Origin: Bacteroidota bacterium
GTDB lineage: Bacteria; Bacteroidota; Bacteroidia; JABEUT01
Length of the DNA stretch: 57,602 nt
NCBI GenBank assembly: GCA_013289395.1
Contig: JABCZY010000002.1
Location: 1-57,602, forward strand
Reading direction: 5' to 3'
The notes beneath the pieces were generated by a model, which searched no databases, was not told where the DNA came from, and was given only the letters and a program-made list of their open reading frames with translations. A program made the translations under genes and the position numbers. Positions 7,345 to 15,583 of the stretch are shown here, piece by piece (positions within the stretch are counted from its first letter, which is position 1; every line of letters starts with the position of its first letter).

Positions 7345-9273
7345 ATGATCTCATTAAATGGCATAAATGTAAGTTTCGGGGGTTCAACCCTGTTCGATAA
7401 TGTTAGTTTCCTTATTAACCCAAGGGACCGTATAGGCCTTGCCGGAAAGAACGGCGCCGGTAAAAGTACTATGTTAAAGCTGCTTGCCGGTGAACAGTCG
7501 CCTACCTCAGGTAGTATTGGCAAGCCTAAAGGGGTTAAAATTGCTTATTTACCACAGGATATGGTTCACCAGCATGGTAAAACCGTATTGGAAGAAACCG
7601 CTACAGCATTTGCCGAGATACAGCAACTGGAAAACCGCCTTACTGAAATAAACCACGAATTAGAGACCCGTACCGATTACGAAAGCGATTCATATTCTAA
7701 CCTTATTACCGAAATAACCGATGTTTCTCATCGCCTTGACATATTGGGTTCAGGTAATATGGATGAGGAAATTGAAAAGAAATTAAGAGGATTAGGATTT
7801 GAACGTTCCGATTTCACCAGGCAAACCTCTGAACTAAGTGGTGGATGGAGAATGCGTATTGAGCTTGTAAAATTGCTATTACAAAAGCCCGATATATTGC
7901 TTCTCGATGAGCCTACCAACCACCTTGACATTGAATCGATGCAATGGCTTGAGGAATTTATGGAAACGTTTGACGGGGCATTGGTACTTATATCTCACGA
8001 TAAAAAATTCCTCGATAACGTTACCAACCGCACAATAGAAATATCGAACAAAAAGATATACGATTACAAAACGAACTATAGCCAGTACCTGATCCTTCGC
8101 CAGGAAAGACGCGAACAGCAAGAGGCCGCTGCCAAGAACCAACAAAAGATAATTAACAAGACACAGATATTGATCGATAAGAACCGTGCCAAAGCAAGTA
8201 AAGCGGCATTTGCACAATCGTTGATCAAGAAATTGGATAAAATGGAAATAGTTGAAGTAGATGAGGCAGACAATTCTTCTATTTATTTCAAATTTCCACC
8301 ACCGGCACACAGCGGTAACATTGTACTTACAGTAGAAAATGCTTCTAAAGAATATCCTGGTAAACCCATATTTTCGGGCGCTAACTTTATCATTGAAAAA
8401 GGCGATCGTGTTGCATTTGTTGGCCGTAATGGCGAAGGCAAGACTACCATGATGAAAATGATCTCTAAACAAACTGACTTCAATGGTACTGTTCAGTTGG
8501 GTGGTAATATTTTAATGGGTTATTTTGAACAGGATCAGGCCGAAAAACTTGATGTAAACAAAACTGTATACGATACCATTGAGGAGCTTGCCGTTGGCGA
8601 TGTACGTAGCAGGATACGTAACCTGCTGGGTGCATTTTTATTCAGTGGCGATGATATTGATAAAAAAGTGAAAGTATTAAGTGGTGGTGAACGCGGAAGG
8701 TTGGCGCTTTGTAAACTTCTGTTACAACCTTATAACCTGCTTATACTCGATGAGCCAACCAACCACCTTGATATCCGTTCAAAAGATATTTTAAAACGTG
8801 CCTTGCTTGATTATACAGGCACACTTATCATTGTATCTCACGATCGTGACTTTTTAGATGGCCTGGTACATAAGCTATATGAATTCAGGGAAGGACATGT
8901 AAAAGAACACCTGTGCGATATAAACGAGTTTATGCGTAAGCGTAAACTGGAAAGAATGATAGAGCTGAAGAGTGTAGTGAAGCCGAAGAAAGATGAAAAG
9001 GTTAAACCTGCTGCCACAAACAATACACAACCACAGGAAGATAGCGGTAAAAAGATCAAGCAACTTCAATCGAAAATAAATAAGATCGAAAGTGATATAG
9101 CCGACCTTGAAAAGAAAATATCGGAAGCGGATAAAATTCTTGGTCAGCCGGATTTTTATACTAAGCCCGATTCAAATTCTGTCTTAGCAGAGTACCAGTC
9201 ATTAAAAACTCAACTCGAAGAGAAGTTCAAATACTGGGAAGAAGTATCTGCTGAGTTAAGTACAATAGCCTAG
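7345..9273 (+). CDS. ABC-F family ATPase (two ABC cassettes, no TM domain, C-terminal coiled coil)
   Basis: Two Walker A motifs (GKNGAGKST, GRNGEGKTT), two signatures (LSGGWRMR, LSGGERGR), two Walker B motifs (LLLDEPTNHLD, LILDEPTNHLD), an inter-cassette linker and a Lys/Glu-rich tail. Confidence 0.9.
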   Translation: MISLNGINVSFGGSTLFDNVSFLINPRDRIGLAGKNGAGKSTMLKLLAGEQSPTSGSIGKPKGVKIAYLPQDMVHQHGKTVLEETATAFAEIQQLENRLTEINHELETRTDYESDSYSNLITEITDVSHRLDILGSGNMDEEIEKKLRGLGFERSDFTRQTSELSGGWRMRIELVKLLLQKPDILLLDEPTNHLDIESMQWLEEFMETFDGALVLISHDKKFLDNVTNRTIEISNKKIYDYKTNYSQYLILRQERREQQEAAAKNQQKIINKTQILIDKNRAKASKAAFAQSLIKKLDKMEIVEVDEADNSSIYFKFPPPAHSGNIVLTVENASKEYPGKPIFSGANFIIEKGDRVAFVGRNGEGKTTMMKMISKQTDFNGTVQLGGNILMGYFEQDQAEKLDVNKTVYDTIEELAVGDVRSRIRNLLGAFLFSGDDIDKKVKVLSGGERGRLALCKLLLQPYNLLILDEPTNHLDIRSKDILKRALLDYTGTLIIVSHDRDFLDGLVHKLYEFREGHVKEHLCDINEFMRKRKLERMIELKSVVKPKKDEKVKPAATNNTQPQEDSGKKIKQLQSKINKIESDIADLEKKISEADKILGQPDFYTKPDSNSVLAEYQSLKTQLEEKFKYWEEVSAELSTIA

Positions 9274-9280
9274 CTCTTTC

Positions 9281-9778
9281 TTATTTCTTGGTGCTATCTG
9301 GCACAAAAAGCAGTGATATTGAATTCACGCAATGCCGTGTATTGGTTTTTGTAAAACCTTCGCCTGTAAACACATGTCCCAAATGAGCGCCACAATTGGC
9401 ACACTCTATTTCGGTTCTGTACCCGTCAGGGTCCGGAATTCTTTTTACTGCTCCGGGTATTTCATCATCGAAAGCAGGCCATCCGCAATTGGCATCGAAC
9501 TTATTGGTGGACTTATATAATGGTGCGCCACAGCGTTTGCAAACGTAGGTACCCGCTGCAGTTGTATGTTCATATTCTCCTGTGTAAGGAGCTTCCGTTC
9601 CTTTATCTACAATTACTCTTTCTTCAGCAGGTGTAAGTTTTCTGTAGTGGCTTTCTTTATTTGATTTTGTGCTATCCATTTTGGTTATGGTTTTATTTGT
9701 TGAATTAGCCGGTTTCTGTTGAGAGCATGCCTGGAGAGACACTGCTATCAATATGGTTGTAATTAATCTGTAATTCAT
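9281..9778 (-). CDS. msrB: Peptide-methionine (R)-S-oxide reductase MsrB with a lipoprotein-type signal peptide
   Basis: Lipobox SLQACS. Two CxxC pairs (CKRCGAPL, CANCGAHLGHVF) and the catalytic RHCVNS. Confidence 0.9.
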   Translation of the reverse strand: MNYRLITTILIAVSLQACSQQKPANSTNKTITKMDSTKSNKESHYRKLTPAEERVIVDKGTEAPYTGEYEHTTAAGTYVCKRCGAPLYKSTNKFDANCGWPAFDDEIPGAVKRIPDPDGYRTEIECANCGAHLGHVFTGEGFTKTNTRHCVNSISLLFVPDSTKK

Positions 9779-9904
9779 TTTGCTGCGTTTACAATCATAT
9801 ACGGAACCAACAGACCTACGGTTTTGTTAAAATTTGTTATAAAGTTAGCCATAAATCGAAATACGTTTGACACAACCTTTCCTAAACATATTACATTTGT
9901 TCGC

Positions 9905-10930
9905 ATGATTAAGAATATCAATAGGTATATAGTTATAGGCCTTTGCATTGTTTTACTAGCGTCGTGCAACAGTAACAGGTTAAAAATAGATGTATCTAAC
10001 ATCACTATTCCGCCTGTTAAAGTAGAAAGGCTTGAAAAGGATATGTTCTCTATGCCGGTTGATAGTATTTATCAATACAGTCCACGCCTCGAAAAAAAAT
10101 ATGGCAAATTCTATGCCCGTTTTGTAATTGATATTGTATTTGGTGGCGGTGGCGTAATGGATTCAAGTTATGCAGCAAGCTTGAGAAGGTTTATTACAGA
10201 CAATGACTTAAGGCATGTATACGATACCTGTGAAAGAATATACCCTGACATGAAATTCCTGGAGAGTGGACTTACTGATGCATTCAAGCATTTTAAATAT
10301 TATTTCCCAGATAGACAATTACCTAAAGTAATTACTGCAATAAGTGGCTTTAATAACGAACTGGCTTATTTTGATAGTACACTTGAAATATCACTCGATT
10401 GGTATATGGGAACAAAATCGCCCTTCTATATTATGCTTCGCTGGCCCGATTATAAGGTAATGCACCTGAGCAAAGACTATATGCTGAGTGATGCTATTTA
10501 CGGATGGCTGCAAAGTATTTTTAAGCCCAATGAGAACAAGAACGATATGCTTTCTGCAATCATTCATGAGGGGAAGATACGATACCTGCAAGATGCTTTG
10601 TTGCCTGAAGTTGATGATACCATTAAAATGTGGTACACTAAAAAACAAATGGAATACTGTAAGCAGTTTGAATTTAACGTGTGGGCAAAAATAATTGAGA
10701 AGAACCTGCTCTACTCTACCGACCCGACAAATATTACAAAGTATACTGAAGATGGGCCTTTTATTGCCGAAATAAGTCATGAATGCCCTTCACGCATTGG
10801 AAACTGGTATGGCTGGCAAATTGTGCGAAACTATATGGCTAAAAACAGTAAGGTTACATTGGCACAATTAATGGACGAAACTGATGCCGATAAAATACTT
10901 CGCAAATCAGGCTATAAACCTAAGAAGTAA
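9905..10930 (+). CDS. gldB: GldB-like gliding-motility lipoprotein (DUF2268-related)
   Basis: ATG at 9905 gives MIKNINRYIVIGLCIVLLASCN (lipobox). The ~341-aa size and the N-terminal 'VKVERLEKDMF' segment match my recollection of GldB. Not confirmed by a search. Confidence 0.55.
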   Translation: MIKNINRYIVIGLCIVLLASCNSNRLKIDVSNITIPPVKVERLEKDMFSMPVDSIYQYSPRLEKKYGKFYARFVIDIVFGGGGVMDSSYAASLRRFITDNDLRHVYDTCERIYPDMKFLESGLTDAFKHFKYYFPDRQLPKVITAISGFNNELAYFDSTLEISLDWYMGTKSPFYIMLRWPDYKVMHLSKDYMLSDAIYGWLQSIFKPNENKNDMLSAIIHEGKIRYLQDALLPEVDDTIKMWYTKKQMEYCKQFEFNVWAKIIEKNLLYSTDPTNITKYTEDGPFIAEISHECPSRIGNWYGWQIVRNYMAKNSKVTLAQLMDETDADKILRKSGYKPKK

Positions 10931-10931
10931 A

Positions 10932-13775
10932 TTAGTTAACTGAATGGGTATAGAAATTGGCCTTGATCAATTCCTGCAATAACATACGTTTACCATTGTA
11001 CTCTGCAGTTACCCAGGCATCTTTTGTTCCCTTTCCAATTATACGCTGACGGAATATCTCAGCAAGCTTAATGCTCTTGAACTCACCCATGGTAAAACGG
11101 GTAATATCATCCTCATATTTCTTAACAATTGGTAATGGCGGTACAAACGATAACAGGTTTCTGTAATGATAGTTCTCAGGGTGGCGATACGCACCTATCT
11201 GCACCCTGAATATAAGTCCATCTACACATATATCAGCTGCAGTTGCAATTAGCTTAGCATATATAGCAGGGTCGTTCAGGTCCTTGTCAGCAAAGGCTGT
11301 AAAATCTTGCGGAGGTCCGGGATCACAAGGAGGAGCAAAGAATTGCTTAACAGGTTTTGGTTTTTCGTCAAAGTAAAACACCATTACCAATGCATTTGCA
11401 GCCGCTGAATCCTTCTGGCCAATTGTTGTTTTGAATTTCTGTGCCTCAGACAAGCTCTGGAATTTTCCTATATAGTAGTGGGTAGTTCCATCGGCCATTG
11501 TCTCCTTAGATATTGGCCCGTATTTGTTCAAGTACCCCAATTTAAACTGAGTTGTATCGGTGTAACTTCCTAATTCAAGTTTATATGAAAGCCCGTCAAC
11601 TTTTGCCGTTCCATAGTCCTTTTCTATTTTATTGGTATCAATTTCACCATTGCCTTGTCCCTGTGTTCTATCCTGGGTATTTAAACTTACAATTGGTGCA
11701 ACGGGTGCCTTCTCAACTGTATCAGGCAAAAAGTTTTCCTTATCCTTTCTGAATTCACTTACATAAAACTGGCTTACCAGTTCACGCTTTCCATTGTTGT
11801 CAACTGTTACTTTACTGGTTTTCTTAAGTGTACTATCGGCTGTAATGGCTTTATCCTTTAATATTTCCGCATCAAGCATGGTGTGAATACCTGAAACATA
11901 AAAGAGTGTATTTCCATACGCATCTGTTTTACTTTCTATTTTACCAAGGCCTTTGAATTTGGTAGAGTCGAACATACTTGGGTTTTGATAAGAGCCAAGT
12001 TCCACATTATATGTAATACCGTTTGAATCTACTGTACCGTAATCATTCAATATACGCTGATATACTTTAGTTTCATACACATCAATTCGCTGGTTGCTTT
12101 TATATTCTGCCACCTGCTGGTCAATATTATGTTGCAACACACTGGAAGTATCGGAAACAGTAATATTATTTGCCTTTCGGTATTCAGGGGTATATAAATG
12201 AATGTCTTCCTGAACCTTAACAAAGGTCGCCAGGGAATCAACATCTAAATATTCAATGTGAGCATTTGCACCACCTGTTTGCACGGCTATTTTATATTTA
12301 TTACCCGGTGTAAGGGCAATAACATATTTACCGGTTTCTGAGTTTGAATGGTAGTTGGCCTCTACTCTATTTGTAATTCTATCTGATACCTGTATGTTAG
12401 CATCAGTCGGTTTTTCGTCGTTAGATACTATACCAATGGTAAGTGCAAGTATTGGCTTAGGGCCGCGTACACCTGGTGTAACGCTATATAAGTCCTGCTG
12501 ACCAAACCCGCCTTTGCGGTTAGAAGAAAAATATCCTCTTGTTCCATCAGCATTCAAAACATAATACCTATCATCGCCCGGCGAATTTATCGGGTATCCT
12601 AAGTTAATAGGCTTACTCCAGCTGCTATCTTTAAGATTAAGCGTAGAATAGAAAATATCACTTGCACCCATACTGTTCCATCCTTCCGAACTAAAGAATA
12701 ATGTTACTCCATCAGGGTGCATAAATGGGGCATCTTCATTCAAGGTTGTATTTATGTTTTTACCTAAGTTCTTAGCGGTTCCCCAACTTCCGTTAGGCAT
12801 TTTAGACGACATATAAATATCTCTTCCGCCATAACCACCCGGGCGCTCACTGGCAAAGAACAGAGTCTTACCGTCTGACGATAAAGAACAACTTCCTTCC
12901 CAGAAAGGTGTATTTACGGTAGGACCTAGCCTTTCAGGCTTACTCCACTTATTTCCATTCAAATTACTTACAAAAATATCACCACCATCCTGTAGCGAGC
13001 TTCTAAATGTAAACAGGGTTTGACCATCTGTTGACAATGCAATACTTGCATCATTTGCTTTGGTATTTATTTCACTTATCCCTTGCGGTGGCAACCAATT
13101 ATCACCTAACTTATGAGATATAAAAACGTCTTCGTAGTATTCACCATTGGTATCGGGTTTCATTTTCACGTTCATTAAGCCACCCGTGCTTTGAGGCCCA
13201 CGATAAGTGTAAATTATTTCAGATTCATCGGCTGTAATAACCGGTGCATATTCAGAAGCACCTGTATTTATTACTGGTCCCAGATTGGTTATTTCTACTT
13301 TTTCAGGGTGAGACACAAATAGTTTTGCATTCTTGCAATAACTTATATAGTTCAGGGCGCTCTTCCTTAACTCTTCAGAAGGGTTCTTGGTCAAATATTT
13401 TTTAAACAGCACAATAGCCGTATCAAATCTGTAATTCACGTGGTATGCTCTTCCCAGATAGTAAGTAATATCCTTTATGTCCGGGTCCTCATCAAACACC
13501 CGCTCTAAAAAATCAATTGACTTTTCTTTTTCATCGGTATATATATAACACACACCCGCCTGAAAGCGATAATATTCTTCAGTAGAATCGAGTTTTATTA
13601 GTTTAAGGTACAAAGGAAGCGCTGCATAGTAGTTTCCTTCAGAGAAAAGAAAATCAGCATCTTCAGTATATAAGGTGGCTTCTTTTTTTGCTTTGCCGGT
13701 CAGTTGATCCTTCTGAGCCTCTACCAAAAGGCCATTAAACAGCAGGAATATGCAAAACAGGAATATCTTCCTCAT
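10932..13775 (-). CDS. Large secreted protein: TPR repeats, PD40/TolB-like beta-propeller repeats, a CarboxypepD_reg-like domain and three SPOR-like C-terminal repeats
   Basis: ATG at 13775 gives MRKIFLFCIFLLFNGLLVEAQ. TPR-like helices span aa ~40-170. PD40-type motifs recur (SEYAPVITADESEIIY, DASIALSTDGQTLFF, EGSCSLSSDGKTLFFASERPGGYGGRDIY, EDAPFMHPDGVTLFFSS, DDRYYVLNADGTRGYFSSNR). Three units begin YNVELGSY, YKLELGSY and FRVQIGAYR. Confidence 0.7.
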   Translation of the reverse strand: MRKIFLFCIFLLFNGLLVEAQKDQLTGKAKKEATLYTEDADFLFSEGNYYAALPLYLKLIKLDSTEEYYRFQAGVCYIYTDEKEKSIDFLERVFDEDPDIKDITYYLGRAYHVNYRFDTAIVLFKKYLTKNPSEELRKSALNYISYCKNAKLFVSHPEKVEITNLGPVINTGASEYAPVITADESEIIYTYRGPQSTGGLMNVKMKPDTNGEYYEDVFISHKLGDNWLPPQGISEINTKANDASIALSTDGQTLFTFRSSLQDGGDIFVSNLNGNKWSKPERLGPTVNTPFWEGSCSLSSDGKTLFFASERPGGYGGRDIYMSSKMPNGSWGTAKNLGKNINTTLNEDAPFMHPDGVTLFFSSEGWNSMGASDIFYSTLNLKDSSWSKPINLGYPINSPGDDRYYVLNADGTRGYFSSNRKGGFGQQDLYSVTPGVRGPKPILALTIGIVSNDEKPTDANIQVSDRITNRVEANYHSNSETGKYVIALTPGNKYKIAVQTGGANAHIEYLDVDSLATFVKVQEDIHLYTPEYRKANNITVSDTSSVLQHNIDQQVAEYKSNQRIDVYETKVYQRILNDYGTVDSNGITYNVELGSYQNPSMFDSTKFKGLGKIESKTDAYGNTLFYVSGIHTMLDAEILKDKAITADSTLKKTSKVTVDNNGKRELVSQFYVSEFRKDKENFLPDTVEKAPVAPIVSLNTQDRTQGQGNGEIDTNKIEKDYGTAKVDGLSYKLELGSYTDTTQFKLGYLNKYGPISKETMADGTTHYYIGKFQSLSEAQKFKTTIGQKDSAAANALVMVFYFDEKPKPVKQFFAPPCDPGPPQDFTAFADKDLNDPAIYAKLIATAADICVDGLIFRVQIGAYRHPENYHYRNLLSFVPPLPIVKKYEDDITRFTMGEFKSIKLAEIFRQRIIGKGTKDAWVTAEYNGKRMLLQELIKANFYTHSVN

Positions 13776-13884
13776 AATTAGTATGCTAATTTCAGGCTTT
13801 AACAAGCTCTCCTAACTAGGGTTGATTTCATGTTCTTAACACCCCTTCGTTGAAAAGCCTATATTTATAGTCTAAAAAAAGCCT

Positions 13885-14529
13885 ATGAATTTCTTGCCTG
13901 AAATACTTGAAAACTACATTGAAGAGCACACAAAATCAGAGCCTGAAGTGTTGAAAAAATTAAACAGGGAAACGCACGCACATGTTTTAATGCCGCAAAT
14001 GCTATCAGGTCACCTTCAAGGGCGTTTTTTAAAAATGCTGACCTGTATGATACAGCCCAAGCAAGTGCTTGAAATAGGCACCTTTACAGGGTATTCGGCT
14101 TTATGTATAGCTGAAGGATTACCTGAAGGAGGAATGCTGCATACCATCGATATAAATGAAGAGTTATCAGGTATAGTGAAAAAATATTTGACCGAATCGG
14201 GAGCAGATAAAAAAGTAAAAACATATACAGGAAATGCGCTACAAATTATACCTGAACTGGACTATACTTTTGACATGGTTTTTATTGATGCAGATAAAAA
14301 GAATTATGTGAAGTATTATGAACTTGTTTTTGAAAAAGTCCGCAAAGGAGGATTTATAATTGCCGATAATGTGCTGTGGAGTGGAAAAGTGGTGGAAAAC
14401 AAGGTAAAGATCGATGAGGATACAAAAAGTATAATGGCTTATAATGACAAAATTATGAGTGACCCTCGTGTAGAGAATGTACTTGTTCCGATCCGCGACG
14501 GGCTTATGATCGCTCGTAAATTAGTTTAG
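13885..14529 (+). CDS. Class I SAM-dependent O-methyltransferase (family 3, caffeoyl-CoA OMT/YrrM-like)
   Basis: VLEIGTFTGYSALCIAE (SAM motif I), FDMVFIDADKKNY, GGFIIADNVLWSG. Confidence 0.85.
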   Translation: MNFLPEILENYIEEHTKSEPEVLKKLNRETHAHVLMPQMLSGHLQGRFLKMLTCMIQPKQVLEIGTFTGYSALCIAEGLPEGGMLHTIDINEELSGIVKKYLTESGADKKVKTYTGNALQIIPELDYTFDMVFIDADKKNYVKYYELVFEKVRKGGFIIADNVLWSGKVVENKVKIDEDTKSIMAYNDKIMSDPRVENVLVPIRDGLMIARKLV

Positions 14530-15222
14530 TTATTCAGTAAACTTATACCCTACACCCCTAACGGAATGAAAATGTTTCGGGTTTTTAGGATCTGGCTCAA
14601 AATACTTCCTGAAACTTACAATATAATTATCCACAGTGCGGGTTGAAGGTATTGATTCATACCCCCATACTTTCTCAAGTATCATATCTCTGGGCACTAC
14701 TTCATTCTTGTGATCTATTAAAAGCCTGAGCAACTCTATTTCTCTTTTAGTTATCTGATGTTTTAACCCATCAGCTGTTATTATCTCATAACTTAAAAAA
14801 TTGATGGTATTCCCATCGAAAGAGAACTTTTCGCTACCACCGGAATGTGAAACAGGTGAGCTACGTTTTATTAACGATTTTACCCTGAGTAAAAGTTCCT
14901 CTAAATGAAATGGTTTTGTCAGGTAATCATCCGCGCCTAATTTTAATCCCTGTATCCTGTCTTCTGCGTCGCCCCTTGCTGTAAGGAATAGGATAGGGGT
15001 ATGTTTATCTACCTTTCTTATATTCCTGCACAATTCAAACCCATCCATACCGGGCAACATAACATCTAAAATAATAAGAGCGTATTGTGAACCCCTGAAC
15101 TTTTGCCAGGCCTGGTCGCCATTATCAAATGCTGTTACCGCATAACCTTCCATCTCCAGGTTCAACTTAATGACTGATAAAAGGTTCTTTTCGTCTTCTA
15201 TTAAAAGAATTGCGTCCGCCAT
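14530..15222 (-). CDS. OmpR/PhoB-family response regulator (REC plus winged-helix). No cognate kinase is adjacent.
   Basis: ILLIEDEKNL, LIILDVMLPGMDGFELC, PILFLTARG, GADDYLTKPF. C-terminal LTKREIELLRLL and VDNYIVSFRKY, then GVGYKF. Confidence 0.9.
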   Translation of the reverse strand: MADAILLIEDEKNLLSVIKLNLEMEGYAVTAFDNGDQAWQKFRGSQYALIILDVMLPGMDGFELCRNIRKVDKHTPILFLTARGDAEDRIQGLKLGADDYLTKPFHLEELLLRVKSLIKRSSPVSHSGGSEKFSFDGNTINFLSYEIITADGLKHQITKREIELLRLLIDHKNEVVPRDMILEKVWGYESIPSTRTVDNYIVSFRKYFEPDPKNPKHFHSVRGVGYKFTE

Positions 15223-15332
15223 TTTAATTGGTATTAAATATCCTGCTCATAATTTGGAATTGAGAAAAATATTTACCATCTTTGATAATGTATAATCCCT
15301 GACAAACATATCAAATTTATTAATCAATTATT

Positions 15333-15527
15333 ATGAAAAAGAAAGTACTACCTATGGCATGTGCCTTGTTTTTAATGCAATCTATAAGTTTTGCACAGGA
15401 CGCTCAAAAAACTTCCGGCACACAAAACACTGCTAAGTCATCTCCAAAAACTGCGAAAGTAAATGGAACAAAAAAACTTCCTTCCGGAACACATTTGAAC
15501 GCTCCAAAGCAAGCTCCGCAAAAATAA
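15333..15527 (+). CDS. Small secreted Lys/Thr/Pro-rich protein (64 aa)
   Basis: Signal peptide ending SFAQ|D, then a low-complexity polar sequence. It lies directly upstream of the C10 protease gene. Confidence 0.45.
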   Translation: MKKKVLPMACALFLMQSISFAQDAQKTSGTQNTAKSSPKTAKVNGTKKLPSGTHLNAPKQAPQK

Positions 15528-15532
15528 ATTTG
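15525..15532 (+). promoter_or_regulatory. Bacteroidota -7 box TAAATTTG upstream of the C10 peptidase gene
   Basis: Exact TAnnTTTG match. It overlaps the stop codon of the 64-aa ORF and lies ~50 nt before the ATG at 15584. Confidence 0.35.
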
Positions 15533-15583
15533 ATTTTATTGTAAATTAATTTATCCATAAGAAACAAAAAATAATCCATAAAT

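Noticed and set aside
7074-7400. 108-aa plus-strand ORF overlapping the 67-aa secreted-protein gene, its terminator and the ABC-F start
   Set aside because: It runs through a strong rho-independent terminator (7253-7285). It is out of frame with two better-supported genes, and the product is Arg/Leu/Gln-rich with no signal or motif.
7879-8472. 197-aa and other minus-strand ORFs inside the ABC-F gene
   Set aside because: They are antisense to a CDS with two complete Walker A, signature and Walker B sets.
14527-14532. Stop codons of convergent genes abut directly (the O-methyltransferase TAG and the response-regulator TAA). Spacers are similarly small (0-7 nt) at 10930/10932, 19361/19365 and 9273/9281.
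   Set aside because: This reflects the generally compact gene packing of the genome. It is not evidence for a specific antisense-regulation mechanism without transcript data.
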